A stretch of 64,000 bases of DNA, taken from Hemiscyllium ocellatum. Taxonomy: Eukaryota. Of this stretch, positions 22,780 to 36,384 are shown piece by piece. Position 1 is the stretch's first letter, and each line of letters starts with the position of its first letter. The stretch covers positions 73,192,237-73,256,236 of the forward strand of contig NC_083420.1 in the NCBI RefSeq assembly GCF_020745735.1, written 5' to 3'. The notes below the pieces were generated by a model that had not been told where the DNA came from, did not search any database, and worked only from the letters and a program-made list of their open reading frames with translations. The position numbers and the translations under genes were made by a program.

Positions 22780-24915
22780 TCAATGCTCACTCCCCCGCAC
22801 ACACACCAGCGCCATGCTCAATCCTGCACACATCCCCACACCATCATGCGCACTCCACTGCACGGTCCCCACCATCACACTCAATCCCCCGCACAATCTC
22901 CCACCATCACGCTCACTCCCCGCACACTCAATCACTGTCACACTCACACACCACACTCTCCCCACCGTCCTGCCCATGCCCCTGAACATTCACCCACCAT
23001 CAGTCTTATGCTCCGGCAGATTTTCTCACCATCATGCTCACCTCCACATGCTCTCCCTCACCATCGCTCTCACTCCTGTGCATACTCCTCCACATCACTC
23101 TTACGGTCCTGCACTCTCCCCCACCATCATGCTCACTCTCCTGCACACTTCTCCACGGTCATGCTCACCCCCTGTTAACTCCTCCATTGTCACGCCCACA
23201 TCCCCACAATCTCCCCCACCATCATACTCACTCCATTGCACAATTCCCCACTGTCATACTCACTCTCCCACACACTCCTTGACCGTCATGCTTTCTGCCA
23301 CCATCATGCTGATACCACCAATCACACTCTACCACTCTGCCCCACCGTCACACTCACTCTACTGCACACTCCCCCACCTTCATGCTCACATCCCCACACT
23401 ACTGCATGGTCATGCTCACACACATACACACTCCCTCACCATCAAGATTATGCCCCCATTGTCTCCCATACCATCATTCTCACTCCCCTGCACACTCTCC
23501 CACTGTCGTGCTCACTCTCCTGCTCACTCCATCACCATCACGCTCACTCCCTGCAAACACCAACCCCCACCTAATCGCTTACAGTCACGCTCACGCCGCC
23601 ACACTCTACCAGATCATCACCGTCAATCCCCCACTCACACTCCCATGGGTCATGCTCAGTACTCCACTTACTTCCGCACCGTTATGCTCAAACACCTGCA
23701 CACTCTTTCGCCGTTACACTGAAACACTCGTCGTCATGCATTTCCCCGAAAACACCCCCACTGTCACAGTCACACTCCTGCTCACACCCCCACCGTCACA
23801 CTCACTCCCCTCACACTCCCCCACTGTCACACTGACTTCCCTGCACGCACCCCAATGTCAAACTCACTTCCCCACAAACTCCGAATCCTTTCACACTCAC
23901 TCCCCCACCAACATGTTCACTCCTCCATACACTCTCCACCATCGTGCTCACTCCCCAACACACCACCCCTCTGTCATGCTCACATTCTCACTGTCACACT
24001 CATTCCCCTGCTTACTCACCCACCATAACACTCACTCCCCACACACTCCCACATAATCATGCTCACTACCCCAGTGTCATGTTTACTTTCCCGCAACACT
24101 CCCCCACCATCAGGCTCACTCTCCCGCACACTTCCGCACCGTCACAATCACTCCCAACCATCACAGTCAGTGCCTCACAAACTGCACTTCAGCCGGGGTC
24201 AATTCCCCACCAATTCCCCCATCATCACGCTCACTCTCTGCACACTCCCCCACCATTACGCTCACTCTTCCACACTCTCACCACCATCAAACTTGTTCCT
24301 CTTCTGTCACGCCCACTACCCCACCATCACGCACACACTCCCACACTCTCCACCTCCGTTACGCTCACTCCCCCAACATACACCACCATTCTGATTCTCT
24401 GCATACCTCCCCACCGGCACACTCACACCAATACACACACTTTCCTGCTCACACACACGCACACACTCCCACCGTTACACTCACAACCCCATACACTGAT
24501 CTACCGCCATGCTCATATCACTGCATGCTCCCCAACCGTCGTGCTTACACCCTCACAAACTACCCCACCATCACATTCACTCCCCCATACACTGTCTCAC
24601 TGTCACTCTCACTCCCCCGCACACTCGCTTACCATCGTACTCACGCCCTTACACACTCCCCCACTGTCACACTTACACCCCTGCATACTGTCCTATATCA
24701 CGTTCACTCCCTCATCTGCTCCCCTCCATAAATCTCTCACCTCCACACACTCCCCCACCATTCCATTCACACCCCACACTTCCCACCTTCGCTGTCACTC
24801 ACCCACACACTCCCACACCATTGCGTTCACCTACCCACACACTCCACTACTGTAATGCCCTCTCCCCCTGCACAGTCCCCCACTATCATGCTCACGGCCT
24901 GGCAAACTCTCCCAA
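22780..24915. repeat. Degenerate C/A-rich minisatellite, unit ~28-30 bp (CACACTCCCCCACCATCAYGCTCACTCCC)
   Basis: Recurrent GCTCACTCC and CACCATCA motifs over 2.1 kb, with strong G depletion on the + strand. Confidence 0.9.
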
Positions 24916-25305
24916 TTAATCTACTCAGTTTACTCCCATTGACTTAATATTCAGACATGAATTGAGAGGACTCATGAATCTAATTAATGAAAACAATGTA
25001 GTTCCGATGTTGGGGATTTCACACTTCGACAACATATCTGAGGAGAGGGAGAGATTAAATTCGCTAGGTGAATTAGCTAAACAACAAGTGAAGATGGTGC
25101 AGCATAGAATGAAGCAGAAACTGATTAACAACTCTAAAATTCCATGTTTTCCTGTGAGTATAATACATTAGAATTTTATCAATGTCAAGAAGTCCCTTCA
25201 AAGCCAAGTTTAGTGGCCCCTATTAAAATTGAGAAAAAAATTGAGGCAGGTAAGCTATCTGGTAAGCTATGCCGGGTACAAAAAAGGACGGTTTCAAGTT
25301 TGTCA
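24915..25305 (+). mobile_element. Gypsy (Gmr1-type) integrase fragment
   Basis: STQFTPIDLIFRHELRGLMNLI and FSGPY-like TTTAGTGGCCCCTAT motifs. Confidence 0.7.
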
Positions 25306-25309
25306 CGTG

Positions 25310-25660
25310 AGTATTTCCACTCAATATTTGGAAAGTTAAAGTCCCCATAACAACTCCCCTGTTACTTTCGCTCCCAATCAGATCATCTTTGCAATCCTCT
25401 CCTCCAAATCTATGGAACTTTTCGGAGGCATATAGAAAACTCCCAACAGAGTGACCTCTCCTTTGCAGTTTCTAACCTCAGACCATATTATCTCAGTAGA
25501 TGAGTCCTCATCAAACGTCCTTTCCGTCACCGTAATACAGTCCTTGGCTAACAATGTCACACACTGACGTCTTTTATCATCTTTCCTGTTCTTACTGAAA
25601 CATTTAAACCCTGGGACCTGCAACAACCATCCCTGTCGCTGTCCTGTCGATATCCCTGCG
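25310..25660 (-). mobile_element. CR1 endonuclease fragment
   Basis: ORF 25378-25743: WLLQVPGFKCF...EVRNCKGEVTLLGVFYMPP. Confidence 0.85.
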
Positions 25661-26819
25661 ATATCATTATTCAAGTTTTGAGTTGACACATTCATTGTAA
25701 AAAATAGAAATATTCTCCTCACAACTAGCATCAGGTTATCCATTATTTAGGTCTGTTTCCCTCTTGATCCTGTTTTAAATATTTATGGCCGCAATAGTTT
25801 CTTTCCAGTCAGTAGAATCCTCTCCAGAATCTAAATAGCTTTGAGGAACTTTCACCTCAGTCAATACTTAGCGATGTGGAACATAGAATCATGGAATTTA
25901 GAGTCCAGAGGAGGCCATTGAGCCATCTCGTCTGTACCGGCTCCCGAAAGAACGACCCATCACGCTCGGTTCTCCGACCCTATTTCCGTAGCCTTTTCAG
26001 TTAATCATCTGGTGCAGAAACTTACCACATTTCAGAACAATGAGTTTTTGAGTACTTTCTCCTTATTAATTCGAAATTCCCGCAGTTCCTCATTTTCAAC
26101 GCTCTCCCAGTTCCATAATATTCTGGACAATTTTCTGTTGCATCCTCTGTGGAGACAGAACAAATGCATTCACCTCATCAGGCAGAGATGGCCTCGATCA
26201 CCTTGTGAATACATCACAAGATGGCACTCTGGCACGTGGTTGATATTATCACACACTTCTGCCCGGAAAGTTCCAGAATCAATCCACTTCATTTCACGAT
26301 CAACATCAGCACAGTCGTCTCCTTGGTGAGATTAGAGATTATGCTTGAGGACGTGAAACAGCGTGTGACCTCCTTATTGTTGAATCAAACTAGCTTCCCC
26401 CCTGCACCTGGAGTAGCTACAACAATGGGAAACACTCCACCAACCCGAGAGAGGACAGTGCAGTGACCTGCTCTTGCCTGTTTACAGCACTTCCCTTCTG
26501 TGCAGTGTCTGCTCCATTTGTTACCAATGTTGCAGGTACCGGTACACTGTCCCTATATCTGTCCAGAGTGGGGTCCCTAGTCTTTCAGTTCTCCCTGCAT
26601 GAATGCAGCTACTGATAACACAGCCCCGACGAGACATCCCTGAATTGCCAACGACAGGGCAAGTCACAATGTCTTCCTCTCCACAGTTCTTTTTCCTGGC
26701 GGATAACCTGAAATAATTACAGCTCAATTCTTCTTACAAAGGTGTTGACAATATAGCTGCACAATTTCGGTACCTCAGTCAAGATACTAGAAACACCAAA
26801 GTTGCTGGTGGAGACGCTG

Positions 26820-27040
26820 AGGAGCTGATGGCCTAGCAGCATTATCTTGAGACTATTAATTGAGGGACCCATATAATGACCCAGAGCCTGGAGCCAAATC
26901 ATGCCACAGCAGATGGTTAAATTTCAATTCAATAAAGTACTGGAATTAAGAATTTAATGAAACTTCCAAAGCATTGGCAATATTTAGGGAAAGAAAAATC
27001 ACTTGGTTCACAGGTCCTTTTCAGGGAAAGAATTCTTCCA
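26820..27040 (+). mobile_element. SacSINE1/DeuSINE-type SINE, 3'-truncated
   Basis: GATGGCCTAG head, CTGGAATTAAGAAT and TGGTTCAC...CAGGGAAAGAA core. Confidence 0.55.
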
Positions 27041-27044
27041 GTTT

Positions 27045-27575
27045 TTTTAATTTAAATTTATTTGTGGGACTTGGGCATCACTGGCTGGTCAGTTTTGATT
27101 GCCCATCACTATTTGAACTTGAGAAGCTGTTGGTGAGCAGGCTTCTTGAATCACTGCATTCCACTTGCTGTGGGTTGACCCACAATGCTGGTAGGGAGGG
27201 AATTCCAGGATTTTGATAAAATGATTGTGGAAAATTGGCAGTATATTTCCAAGTATAGGTGGTGAGTGGCTTGAAGGGGAACTTGCAAGTGGTGGTGTTC
27301 CCAAGTACCTGCTGCCATTCGCTTTCCATTCTAAAGTGGTCCTGAGTTTGAAAGGTGCTTTGTAAGGATCTTTCGTGAATTTCTGCAGTGCATCTTGTAG
27401 ATAATACACACTGCTGCTACTGAGCACCTGGAATGGAGGGATTGAAAGTTTGTAGATGTGGTGCCAATCAAGCTGGTTGCATTGTCTTCGATGGTGTCAA
27501 GTATCTTGAGTGCAGTTGGAGCTGCACTCATCCAGGCAAGTGCAAGAGCTTCGCCTGATTTGGCCTGTAAATGCT
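27045..27575 (-). mobile_element. 3' end of a second CR1/L2-clade LINE family
   Basis: LAWMSAAPTALKILDTI...SLHSRCSVAAVCIIYKMHC; tail resembles the DeuSINE-type 3' end. Confidence 0.75.
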
Positions 27576-27689
27576 CTCTGAAATAATTAAGCCAGCCACT
27601 CAGGAATATCAATCGCTTCAAAGCCTCAAAGAAATTTAAACAGACGGACCTAGGTACTGGCAATTTACAACACGACGACTTCTCCCCCA

Positions 27690-27790
27690 AAGCCCTGAAC
27701 ATATTTCTTCCCCCTGCAGACATCAAAGCGGCCTTTTTGAGAGTGAACCAAAGTAAAGCAACAGGCCCAGACAGAGTCCTGGCCGTGTAT
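27690..27790 (+). mobile_element. Rex1/Babar-type LINE fragment
   Basis: ADIKAAFLRVNQSKATGPDRV. Confidence 0.6.
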
Positions 27791-29112
27791 TAGAATGTAG
27801 AACATACAGTACAGGCCTTTCAGCCCTCAATTTTGCGCCGACATGTGAAACTGTTCTGAAGCCCATTTAAACTACACTATTGCGTTATCAACCATATATT
27901 TATCCAATGACCATTTAAATGCCCTTAAAGTTGGCGATTCTACTACTGTTGCAAGCAGTGTGTTCCACCAACTTACTACTGCCTGACTAAAGAACCTAAA
28001 TCTAAGATCTGTCCTACACCGATCACCGCCCAGTTTAAAGATATGTCCCCTCATGCTAACCACCACCAACCAACTCCTAATACTCTGATGATCTTGTATG
28101 CCTCTGTTAAGTCACCTTCTCTTTAACGAAGACAGCTCAAGTCCTTCAGCCTTTCCTGATAAAACCTTCCCATCATTACAGGCAACATCCTAGTAAATCC
28201 ACTCTGCATCCTTTACATTACATCCATGTCCTACCATAATGTGGCGACCAGAACTATACACAATACTCCAAGTGCGGATGCACCAGTGTTTTGTACAGCA
28301 AAATGATGCCATAGCTCCGAAATTCAATCCCCCGACCAATAAAACCTAAAACACTGTATACCTTCTAAACAACCCTTCCAAATTGGATGACAAATTTCAG
28401 AGATGTATGCACATAGGCACTGAGATCTCTATGCTAGTTCACACTTCCAAGAGTCTTACCAATAGCAGAGTTCTCTCTATTCATGTTATTCCTTCCAACT
28501 CGAATCAACTCACACTTTTCAGCATTAAACCCAATTTTCCAGCTTTCAAACCAGCTCTGCAGCTTATCTCTTATCTAGGTCCGTCTGTAACCTGTAATAT
28601 CCGCCTGCACTGTCAACAACTCTACTGGCTTTAGGGTCATCCGCATATTTACTAACCCATCCTCTACAGAGTCATCCAGGGCATTTATAAAAATGACAAA
28701 CAGCTGTGGACCTAAAACAGATCCTTGCGGTACACCACTAGTAACTGAAATCCAGAATGAATACTTCCCATCAACTACCCCTCTGTCTTCTTTCAGGTAG
28801 CCAATTCCTGATCCAAGCCACCAAATCATACACAATCCTATGCCTCCGCATTTTCTGCAATAGTCTATTGTGGTAAAACTTATCAAACGCTTTAGTGAAA
28901 TCCGTATAGACTACAAAAACCGCTTTACCCTCATTCGCCTGTTTGATCACTTCCTCAAAGAACCCCATTAGGTTTGTGAGGCACGACCAAATCTTCACAA
29001 CACAGTGTTGACTTCCCCAAATAAAAATTATTCCCTTCTGGATGATCATTGATCCTGTCTCTTATGATCTTTTCCAACACTTTACCGACAATCGAAGTAA
29101 GGCTCACGGGGT
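27791..29112 (-). mobile_element. 5'-truncated CR1/HER1 LINE
   Basis: [14 protein letters not shown] and [19 protein letters not shown] motifs. Confidence 0.9.
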
Positions 29113-29119
29113 TGCTGTC

Positions 29120-30280
29120 TCAGGATCTTTTGTGAGTTTTTGCATTGCATCCTGTAGACAGTACACCTGTTGCTACTGAGCGCCGGTGATGGAGGAATTC
29201 AATATTTGTAGATTTGTTGCCAATCAAACAAACTATTTTTTTCCTGGAAAGTTGGAGCATCCAGAGTGTTGCTAGAGCTGCAATCATTCAGGCAAAGGCG
29301 AATATTCTAATACACTCCTGATTTGGGCCTTGTAGATGCTGTATAGATTTTGGGGTGTCAGAAGCTGAATTACTCACCACTGTATCCTCAGTCTGTGACT
29401 GACTCTGCAGTCACTGTATTTATGTGGTGAGTCCAGTTGTGTTTCGGCTCAATGGTAACCTCAGGATGTTGACAGTGGGGGATTCAGTGATGGTAATAGT
29501 GTTGAATGTCAAGGGGTGGTGCTTAGAGTGTCTATTATTAGTGATGGTCATTGTCTGGTATTTGAGTTGCACGAATGTTACTTGCCACTTCTCAGCCAAA
29601 GCCTGGATATTGTCCTGATCTTGTTGCATTTGAGCACGGACTGCTTCAGTATCTGAGGGGTCGTGTGGTGCTGAAAACTGTGCAATCATCGGCGAACTTC
29701 CCCAGTTTTGACCTTATGACAGAGGGTCCATGGATGAAGCAGTTGAAGATTGTTGGGCCAGGTCACTACACTATGTGTCTCCTACAGAGATGCCCTGGAA
29801 CTGAGAGTGCTGACCGTCCACAACCACAACCATCTTCCTTTGTGCCAGGTATGACTCTAACCAGCGGAGTGTTTGGCCCAGATACCCATTGATCTATGGT
29901 TTTCCAGTGCTCCTTGATGCCATACTTTGTCAAATGTTGCCTTGATGTCAAGGGCTGTCACTCTCACGTCTTCTCTGGAATTCAGCTCCTCTGTCCATGT
30001 TTTAACGAAAGCTATAATTAGATCAGGAGCTGACTGGCCCTGCAACTATACTGGAAGAGCTTGGCTCGGGGAGTAGCAAGCTCTGGAGCACACGTCTTCA
30101 GTACTATTCCTGGAATGCTATCAGGGCTCATTGTCTTTGCAGGATCCAGTGTCTCCATCCATTTTTTGACATCAAGTAGAGTGAATCGAATTGGCTGGAG
30201 ACTTATATTTGTGATGCTGGGGACCACTGGAGGAACCCGAGCTGTATTATCCACTCAGCACTTCTGACTGAAGATTGAAG
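29120..30280 (-). mobile_element. CR1/L2-clade LINE RT fragment (same family as 27045-27575)
   Basis: PDSIPGIVLKTCAPELA, VTALDIKATFDKVWH and QQDQDNIQALAEKWQVTF. Confidence 0.85.
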
Positions 30281-30309
30281 CATAGAGAATGACACAACCC
30301 CATTTACCT

Positions 30310-30598
30310 CATTCAGCATGTCCATAAGGAACCTCACTAACATTTACCGATGCCCCAAAGAAAACATTCTATCTCTGCATGCAAAAGGGCTGACATGGAA
30401 ACTGTTCTGCCCACGACTGTAAGAAACTACTGAAACTTGTGCGCACAGCACGGACTATCATGGAAACCAACCTCCCATCATGGACTTCATTTATACTTCT
30501 CATTGTTGTGGAAACGCGGCCAAAATCAACGATCCATTCCTCCATTGTAATGCTCTCCTACAACATCTTCCATCAGGCAAAAGACACTGCAGCTTGAC
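30310..30598 (+). mobile_element. Rex1/Babar-type LINE 3' coding fragment
   Basis: SMSIRNLTNIYRC, GNCSAHDCKKL and LPSGKRH remnants. Confidence 0.7.
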
Positions 30599-30599
30599 G

Positions 30600-33470
30600 A
30601 TGTAGTGCAGTAGAGGCCATTCAGACCTCGATGTTGCGCCGACCTATGGAACCAATCTGAAGTCGATCTAATCGATAGTATTCCATTTTCATTCGTATTT
30701 TATCCAAAGCGCATTAAAATGTCCTTAAAATGTGTGAGTCAACTATTACAAGGTGGGCGTCCTGCGCCTCCAGGACTCTCTGAGTAAAGAGACTACCTAT
30801 GACATCTTTCCCTCGACCTATCACCCGTCAATTTAAAGCTACGTCCCCTCGTGCTGGCTATCACAATCCGAGGAAAAGGGCTCCCTCTGTCCACCCTATC
30901 TAACCCTCTGATTATCTTTGTATCATAAAGAGGTCACCCGCTGGTCTTCCTTTCGATAATGAAAACGGCCTCAAGTCTCTCAGCAGTTCCTCACAAGACT
31001 TTCCAACCGTATTACACAACATTCTAGTAAATGTCCTCAGATCCCATTTCAAAGCTTCCACATACTCCAATAATTGCGTAAGTAGAACTGTACGTAATAC
31101 TCCGAGTGTGGCCACTTCAGAGTTTTGTACAGCTGTAGCATTACCTCATGGCTCCGAAGCCGAATCCCTCTGCCAATACAAGTTAACACAACGTTTGCCT
31201 GGTTAACAACCCGATCAATCTGAGTGGCAACATTCAGGAATCGACGTAAGTTGACTCCCAGATCTTTCTGTTCATCCACAGCACTAAGAATCTTACCATT
31301 TGCCCAGTACTCTGTATTTCTATTACTCCTTCCAAACTCTATCACCTCACACATGCATGATTAAACACTATTTTTCACCTCTGAGCCTACCTCTGCAGCT
31401 TATCTATGCCCCTCTGGGACCTTCAACATCCTTCCCTACTACCCACAACTCCAAAGACATTTTCATAATCTGCAAGTTTACTAACTTATCCTTCCAGACA
31501 CTCATCCAAGTCATTTAAAAAAAAAGATGAGCAGTGGCTCCAAAACAGAACCTTGTGATAACTGAACTCCAAGATGAATATTTCACGTTTACCATCCCAC
31601 TCTGTCTTCTTTCAATTCGCCAATTTCTGATCAAAACTGCTCAATCACCCCAATCCCATGCCTCTGCATTTTCTGTAATTCTCTACTGGGGTCAACCTTA
31701 CCAAACACTTTACTGAAATCCGTATGCACCTCATTAACAGCTTTACCCTCACCACCTGTTCGGTCACATTCTCAAACAATTCAATAAGATTTGTGAGGCA
31801 TGACGTCACCTTCACAAATCTCTGTTGAATATACCTAGTCAAATTATTTATTTCCAGATGATTATGAATCCTACCTCTTACACTCCTTCCCAACACGTTA
31901 CACTCAATCGATGTCAGGCTCACTGTTCTGTCACCATCAGACTTCTCTCCACTCCTCTTCTTGAAGAAGGGGTCAGCACTTGCTATACTCTCGTCTTCTG
32001 GCACTATTTCTGTAGCCAATGACGACATAAAGACCAAAGCCAGAGGCTCTCCAGTATCATTCCTGGCTTTCCAGAAAAATCATTGTATAAGTCACAAATG
32101 CCAGGGAACGTTACTATTTTCATACCTTCTAGAATTGCTAACACCTCTTCCTTCTGAACCTCAATCCCATCTAGTCTAACAGTGGACAGTATGCTAATCG
32201 ACATCATTGTATATGTTTTTATTCCTAATGTGAATATTGATGAATAATATTGAGTTAGACTTCACCAATTCCTCAGACTCAATGCACAACTGCCCACTAC
32301 TGTCCTTGAATGACCCTAAAATTACGCCAGTCACTCTTATATGCCTGATACAAGTGCAGAAAGATTAAGGGTTTTAAATGATCCTATCTGCCAAGGACTT
32401 CATATGTCTCCACCTAGCCTTTCGTAGCACCATCTTTAGGTATTTCCTGATTAACAAGTAACGTTCATGGGCCCTAATTGAGCTCTGAGATCTCATCCTT
32501 CTTCATTTTGACAAGAGCTTCAACTTCTTCAGTGAACCAAGGCTCCCGCGCTCGACCACTTCCTCTCTGATTGACAGATACAGCAGCTGTTCCTTGAATA
32601 AGCTCCACATTTCAATTGTGCTCGGCACCTGCGTTTCCTTCCCCATCCATTGCAATCTAAATCTTGCCGAATTACATCATAATTACCTTTCCCACAGGTA
32701 TAACTTCAGCACTGTGGTATATATTATTCCATTTCCATTGTTGAAGTAAGCATGACTGAATTGTGGACATTATGACCAAAGTGTTCATTTATCTCCAAAA
32801 CTAACACCTGGTCAGGATCACTACCCAGTACCAAATCTATTGCTGCGTCGCCACTTGTTGGCTGTCTACTTACTATGTTAGGCATCCCTCCTGCAAATTT
32901 TGGTCAAAAACTCTAAAATACTCGAACTGTAGTATTTCCAATCAATATGTGGAAAGTTGAATTCCATTACTATCCTGTTACACTTACTACTGCTCAGAAT
33001 CGTCATTCCTATCCTTTCCTGTACATCTCTGGTACTATTCACAGGTCTATGAAAAACTCCCATCAGGGCGATATTTCCTTTCCTGTTTCTAACCTCAGGC
33101 CATACTACCCCAGTATTCGAGTCTTCGGACTTCTTCATGCAACCATAATGTTGTCCTTGACTAACAATGCCAGACCACCCCGTCTTTTACCACCTTCTCT
33201 GTTCCTACCAAAACAACTAAACCACGGAGGTGCAACTTTCCTGTCGCTGCTCTATCCATGTCTCCGAAATGGCCACAAAATCAAAGTCCCAGGGATCAAC
33301 CCATGTTGCAATATTACTCACTTTATTCCGGATGCTCCTGGCATTGAAGTAGACACAAGTAAAATTACCTTCCTGCTTGCTGGCGCACTCTTGTGACCTT
33401 AAAATCTTATTTCTGACCTCAATTCTCTAAACCTCTTGGATACTGAATTACAAGTAGGTTCCCATGCCCC
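30600..33470 (-). mobile_element. CR1/HER1 LINE, long decayed ORF2
   Basis: Endonuclease (EVRNRKGNIALMGVFHRP) through RT (SCLTNLIELFE) to the 3' UTR. Confidence 0.9.
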
Positions 33471-33559
33471 TGCTTAAGTGCTTTGTTTCCAAATTAACCG
33501 TTCACTATGGATCAATCCTAACTCACTTAATTCCCTTGACCCGCCTAGCATGAGGGAGG

Positions 33560-35480
33560 GTCTTAAACGCTTCACGAGAGTTCTTAGAGACAAAATCAAT
33601 CAGCTTGCCCTTCTCAATGATCATTGCCGCTTCATCGTAAATGTGTCAATCATGGTTGTTAGACATGACGGTCCTAAATGAAGCCATGATGATTGTTTTC
33701 CAGTTGGATTTTAGTAAGGCTTAACACAAGGTCCCTCCTGATAGACTGATACAGAAATAAAGGCCGAATAGGGAACACTGTGAGGTGGATACAAAACTGG
33801 CTTTGTACAGATAATGGAGATTAGCTGTGCAAACGTTTTTCTGTGATTGGAGAACTGCGATCAGTGCTTTGCTGCACTGATAACTGTTGAGATCTTCGTT
33901 GATTGAAGATCTGTATGTAAATGGTTGCAGGATATAGGTGGTCTGATTAGCACGTTTTCCAATGATTGGAGCGCTGCGAATAGTAAGGAGGAATCCCAGA
34001 GGATGCAGTGGGATATAGATGGACTAGAGAATTCCGCAGAGAATTGGCAAATAAAACTGAAACAAAGTCGATGCGAGGTGTTACATTTTGTTGAATCGAA
34101 TGTAGAAGGATAGTATATGGAAGAGTCCTGAGAAACGTTATCTGAGACAGGGGTACATGTATTCAGGTCTGCAGTTCCCTGGAAATGGAAAAACATGAAT
34201 GAGATGGCCGCAAAGACATGCATGCCTTCACCGTTCAGGCAGAATGTATAAAAATTCACAAGAAATGTTGCGGCTCTAAAGACATATGTAGAACATTTTG
34301 TTCGTTTCTGCTCACCACACCACCGTAAAGATATGAGGCATTGAACAGGGTACAGAAACATTTTACGAGGATGCCGTCCGTTTGGTAGGATATAAGATAC
34401 GAAAAGAGGTTTTAAAAGTTTGTTTAATTTTATTTGAACATGAGAGGATGCGGAGCAAACTGGTAGAACTTCACAAAATTGAGAGAGGCAATGATAGAAT
34501 GGGTCTATGGAGAATTTTCCCAGTATTGCAATGACAATTACTGGAGGACATAGATTTAAGGTAAATGTGGAAAAGCTCAAAGGGGACATCTTTCATACAC
34601 AGAGGGTGGTATGTGCCTGGAGTGCCCTTCCAGAGGAAATGGGAGTTAGCAGGTAGAATCGTAATGTTTAAAAATCATCGTGGTCGATTCATATATTGGA
34701 AGGAATAGTGGGATACGAATTGTGTAGAGAAAAGAGATTTTTTCATTTAGAAAAGCATCATGTGTTCGCATGGCCTTTGAGCACCGAAGGGTGAGTTTTT
34801 GCTCTGCAATGTTCTTTGTGATTTCAATTTCCCAAGTGTAGACTGGAATACTAGTAGTTTCAGGGACAGAGATGGCAAGTCTTCCTGGAAAAACACTGTG
34901 TTCACTTCAATAAGAAAGACTGCTTTGTTCAACCTAGGTCTCGAAAATGTTTGGACCAAGTAGATCAAGTGCCCGATGGACAGCATTAAAGCGACAGTGG
35001 CCATTGTTAGCTGCAGAACAATGTCATAGAATGTCGCACATAATTTCAGAGTAAGAAAATTCAGTTGTTGGAGAGCTTTCATCACTGGAAGGAGGATGGA
35101 GCTCGGCAGCAGTGACTGGAAGACGTGAGCTGATACGAGAAAGTGCAACTAAATTAGGGGCTACCATCATAGTGGGATTGGTGCATGTAAAACCAAAGGA
35201 GAAATGGAGGGGAATTATGAAAATAGACTCGAACTTAGTTTCAACTCATTCGGCATAACAAAATATCGGAAAGAAAGCAGAGAAACAAGCAGGTTTTGTT
35301 TTCGAGCAAGGGTGAAGCTCAGGAACACGGTGGTTCCGTGGGAAACAGCAGAGGGAGCTGATCAGATTGTCACTTTAACTGAAATAGTGACGCTGCATGA
35401 ACACCTTAAATTTATTTTTTTTACATCGGGACGAAGAACTGAATATTTTGAACGTCATCATAAATAACCATACTGCATGT
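33560..35480 (+). mobile_element. Old CR1 fragments: RT/3' end to ~34815, then an endonuclease-region piece
   Basis: LDFSKA, MQWDIDGLENSAENWQI, GGAGGACATAGATTTAAGGT and DFNFPSVDW remnants. Confidence 0.7.
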
Positions 35481-35614
35481 CGACAAAAGAAAAAAAATCT
35501 GTTTTCATTTGGAATAAAAATCGCATCAAAGATTGAGATCAGGAGTTATTAACATCAGTGGGAAAGGTCTCCATTGAAATGGTTCAATGCTGATTGTGAA
35601 TGAGACATCCAATA

Positions 35615-36015
35615 GTTACTTATAAACTCACTTGTGCAGTGGCAAATGAGAGAATCAAGTGAATCCCTTACCGCATTGTGAGCAGATGGCCTCTCTCCAG
35701 TGTGAAATTCCTGGGGTGAAGTGAGGTTAGATGTTTGGCTGAATCCAGTCCCCAACACTTGAATGGTCTCTCAACAGCGTGAACATATTCATGGCTCATT
35801 CGTTGCCAGGAACGTTCTCATATTTTGGATATTTAAAAGGTCACCTGTCAGATTAAAACAGCTTGGCTGTGTCAGCACTTTCGTTAACCAAGTGAATCTC
35901 TTCCTATACTCAAAACCGATGTTGTGTCAGTCCAGATAGTTGACTAAAACGATTTCTCCATATACAACACATGCATGGTTTGTTTACACTATGGACCTTC
36001 TATGACTATCTGCTG
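35615..36015 (-). pseudogene. Decayed tandem C2H2 zinc-finger gene
   Basis: Minus-strand HSVNKPCMCCIWRNRFSQLSGLTQHR, YRKRFTW, HTGERP and QCGKGFT*FSHLPLHK, with stops and frameshifts. Confidence 0.75.
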
Positions 36016-36022
36016 ACATTCA

Positions 36023-36336
36023 GATTAGATTAGATTACTTACAGTGTGGAAACAGGCCCTTCGGCCCAACAAGTCCACACCGACCCGCCGAAGCGCAACC
36101 CACCCATACCCCTACATATACCCCTTACCTAACACTACGGACAATTTAGCATGGCCAATTTACCTGACCCGCACATCTTTGGACTGTGGGAGGAAACCGG
36201 AGCACCCGGAGGAAACCCACGCAGACACGGTGAGAACGTGCAAACTCCACTCAGTCAGTCGCCTGAGGTGGGAATTGAACCCAGGTCTATAGCGCTGTGA
36301 GGCAGCAGTGCTAACCACTGTGCCACCGTGCCGCCC
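36023..36336 (-). mobile_element. HE1-type SINE, full-length young copy
   Basis: GGGCGGCACGGTGGCACAGTGGTTAGCACTGC head with A/B boxes and (AATCT)n tail; nearly identical to 50524-50836. Confidence 0.95.
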
Positions 36337-36384
36337 ATACAATAAATTACAATAAATTGGCGGACCTCCATTAGACGGCTGTGG

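Noticed and set aside
22783-24919. Long His/Pro/Thr/Ser-rich ORFs (up to 303 aa)
   Set aside because: They are open in several frames because the C/A-rich minisatellite rarely forms stop codons; no domain or gene structure.
26026-26146. Apparent minus-strand exon with strong acceptor (TTCTGTCTCCACAG) and donor (GTAAGT)
   Set aside because: It translates as CR1 ORF2 (ENEELREFRINKEKVLK...). The splice-like signals are probably coincidental, though exonisation cannot be excluded.
33861-34589. 242-aa minus-strand ORF
   Set aside because: Antisense to a decayed CR1 fragment; no motifs.
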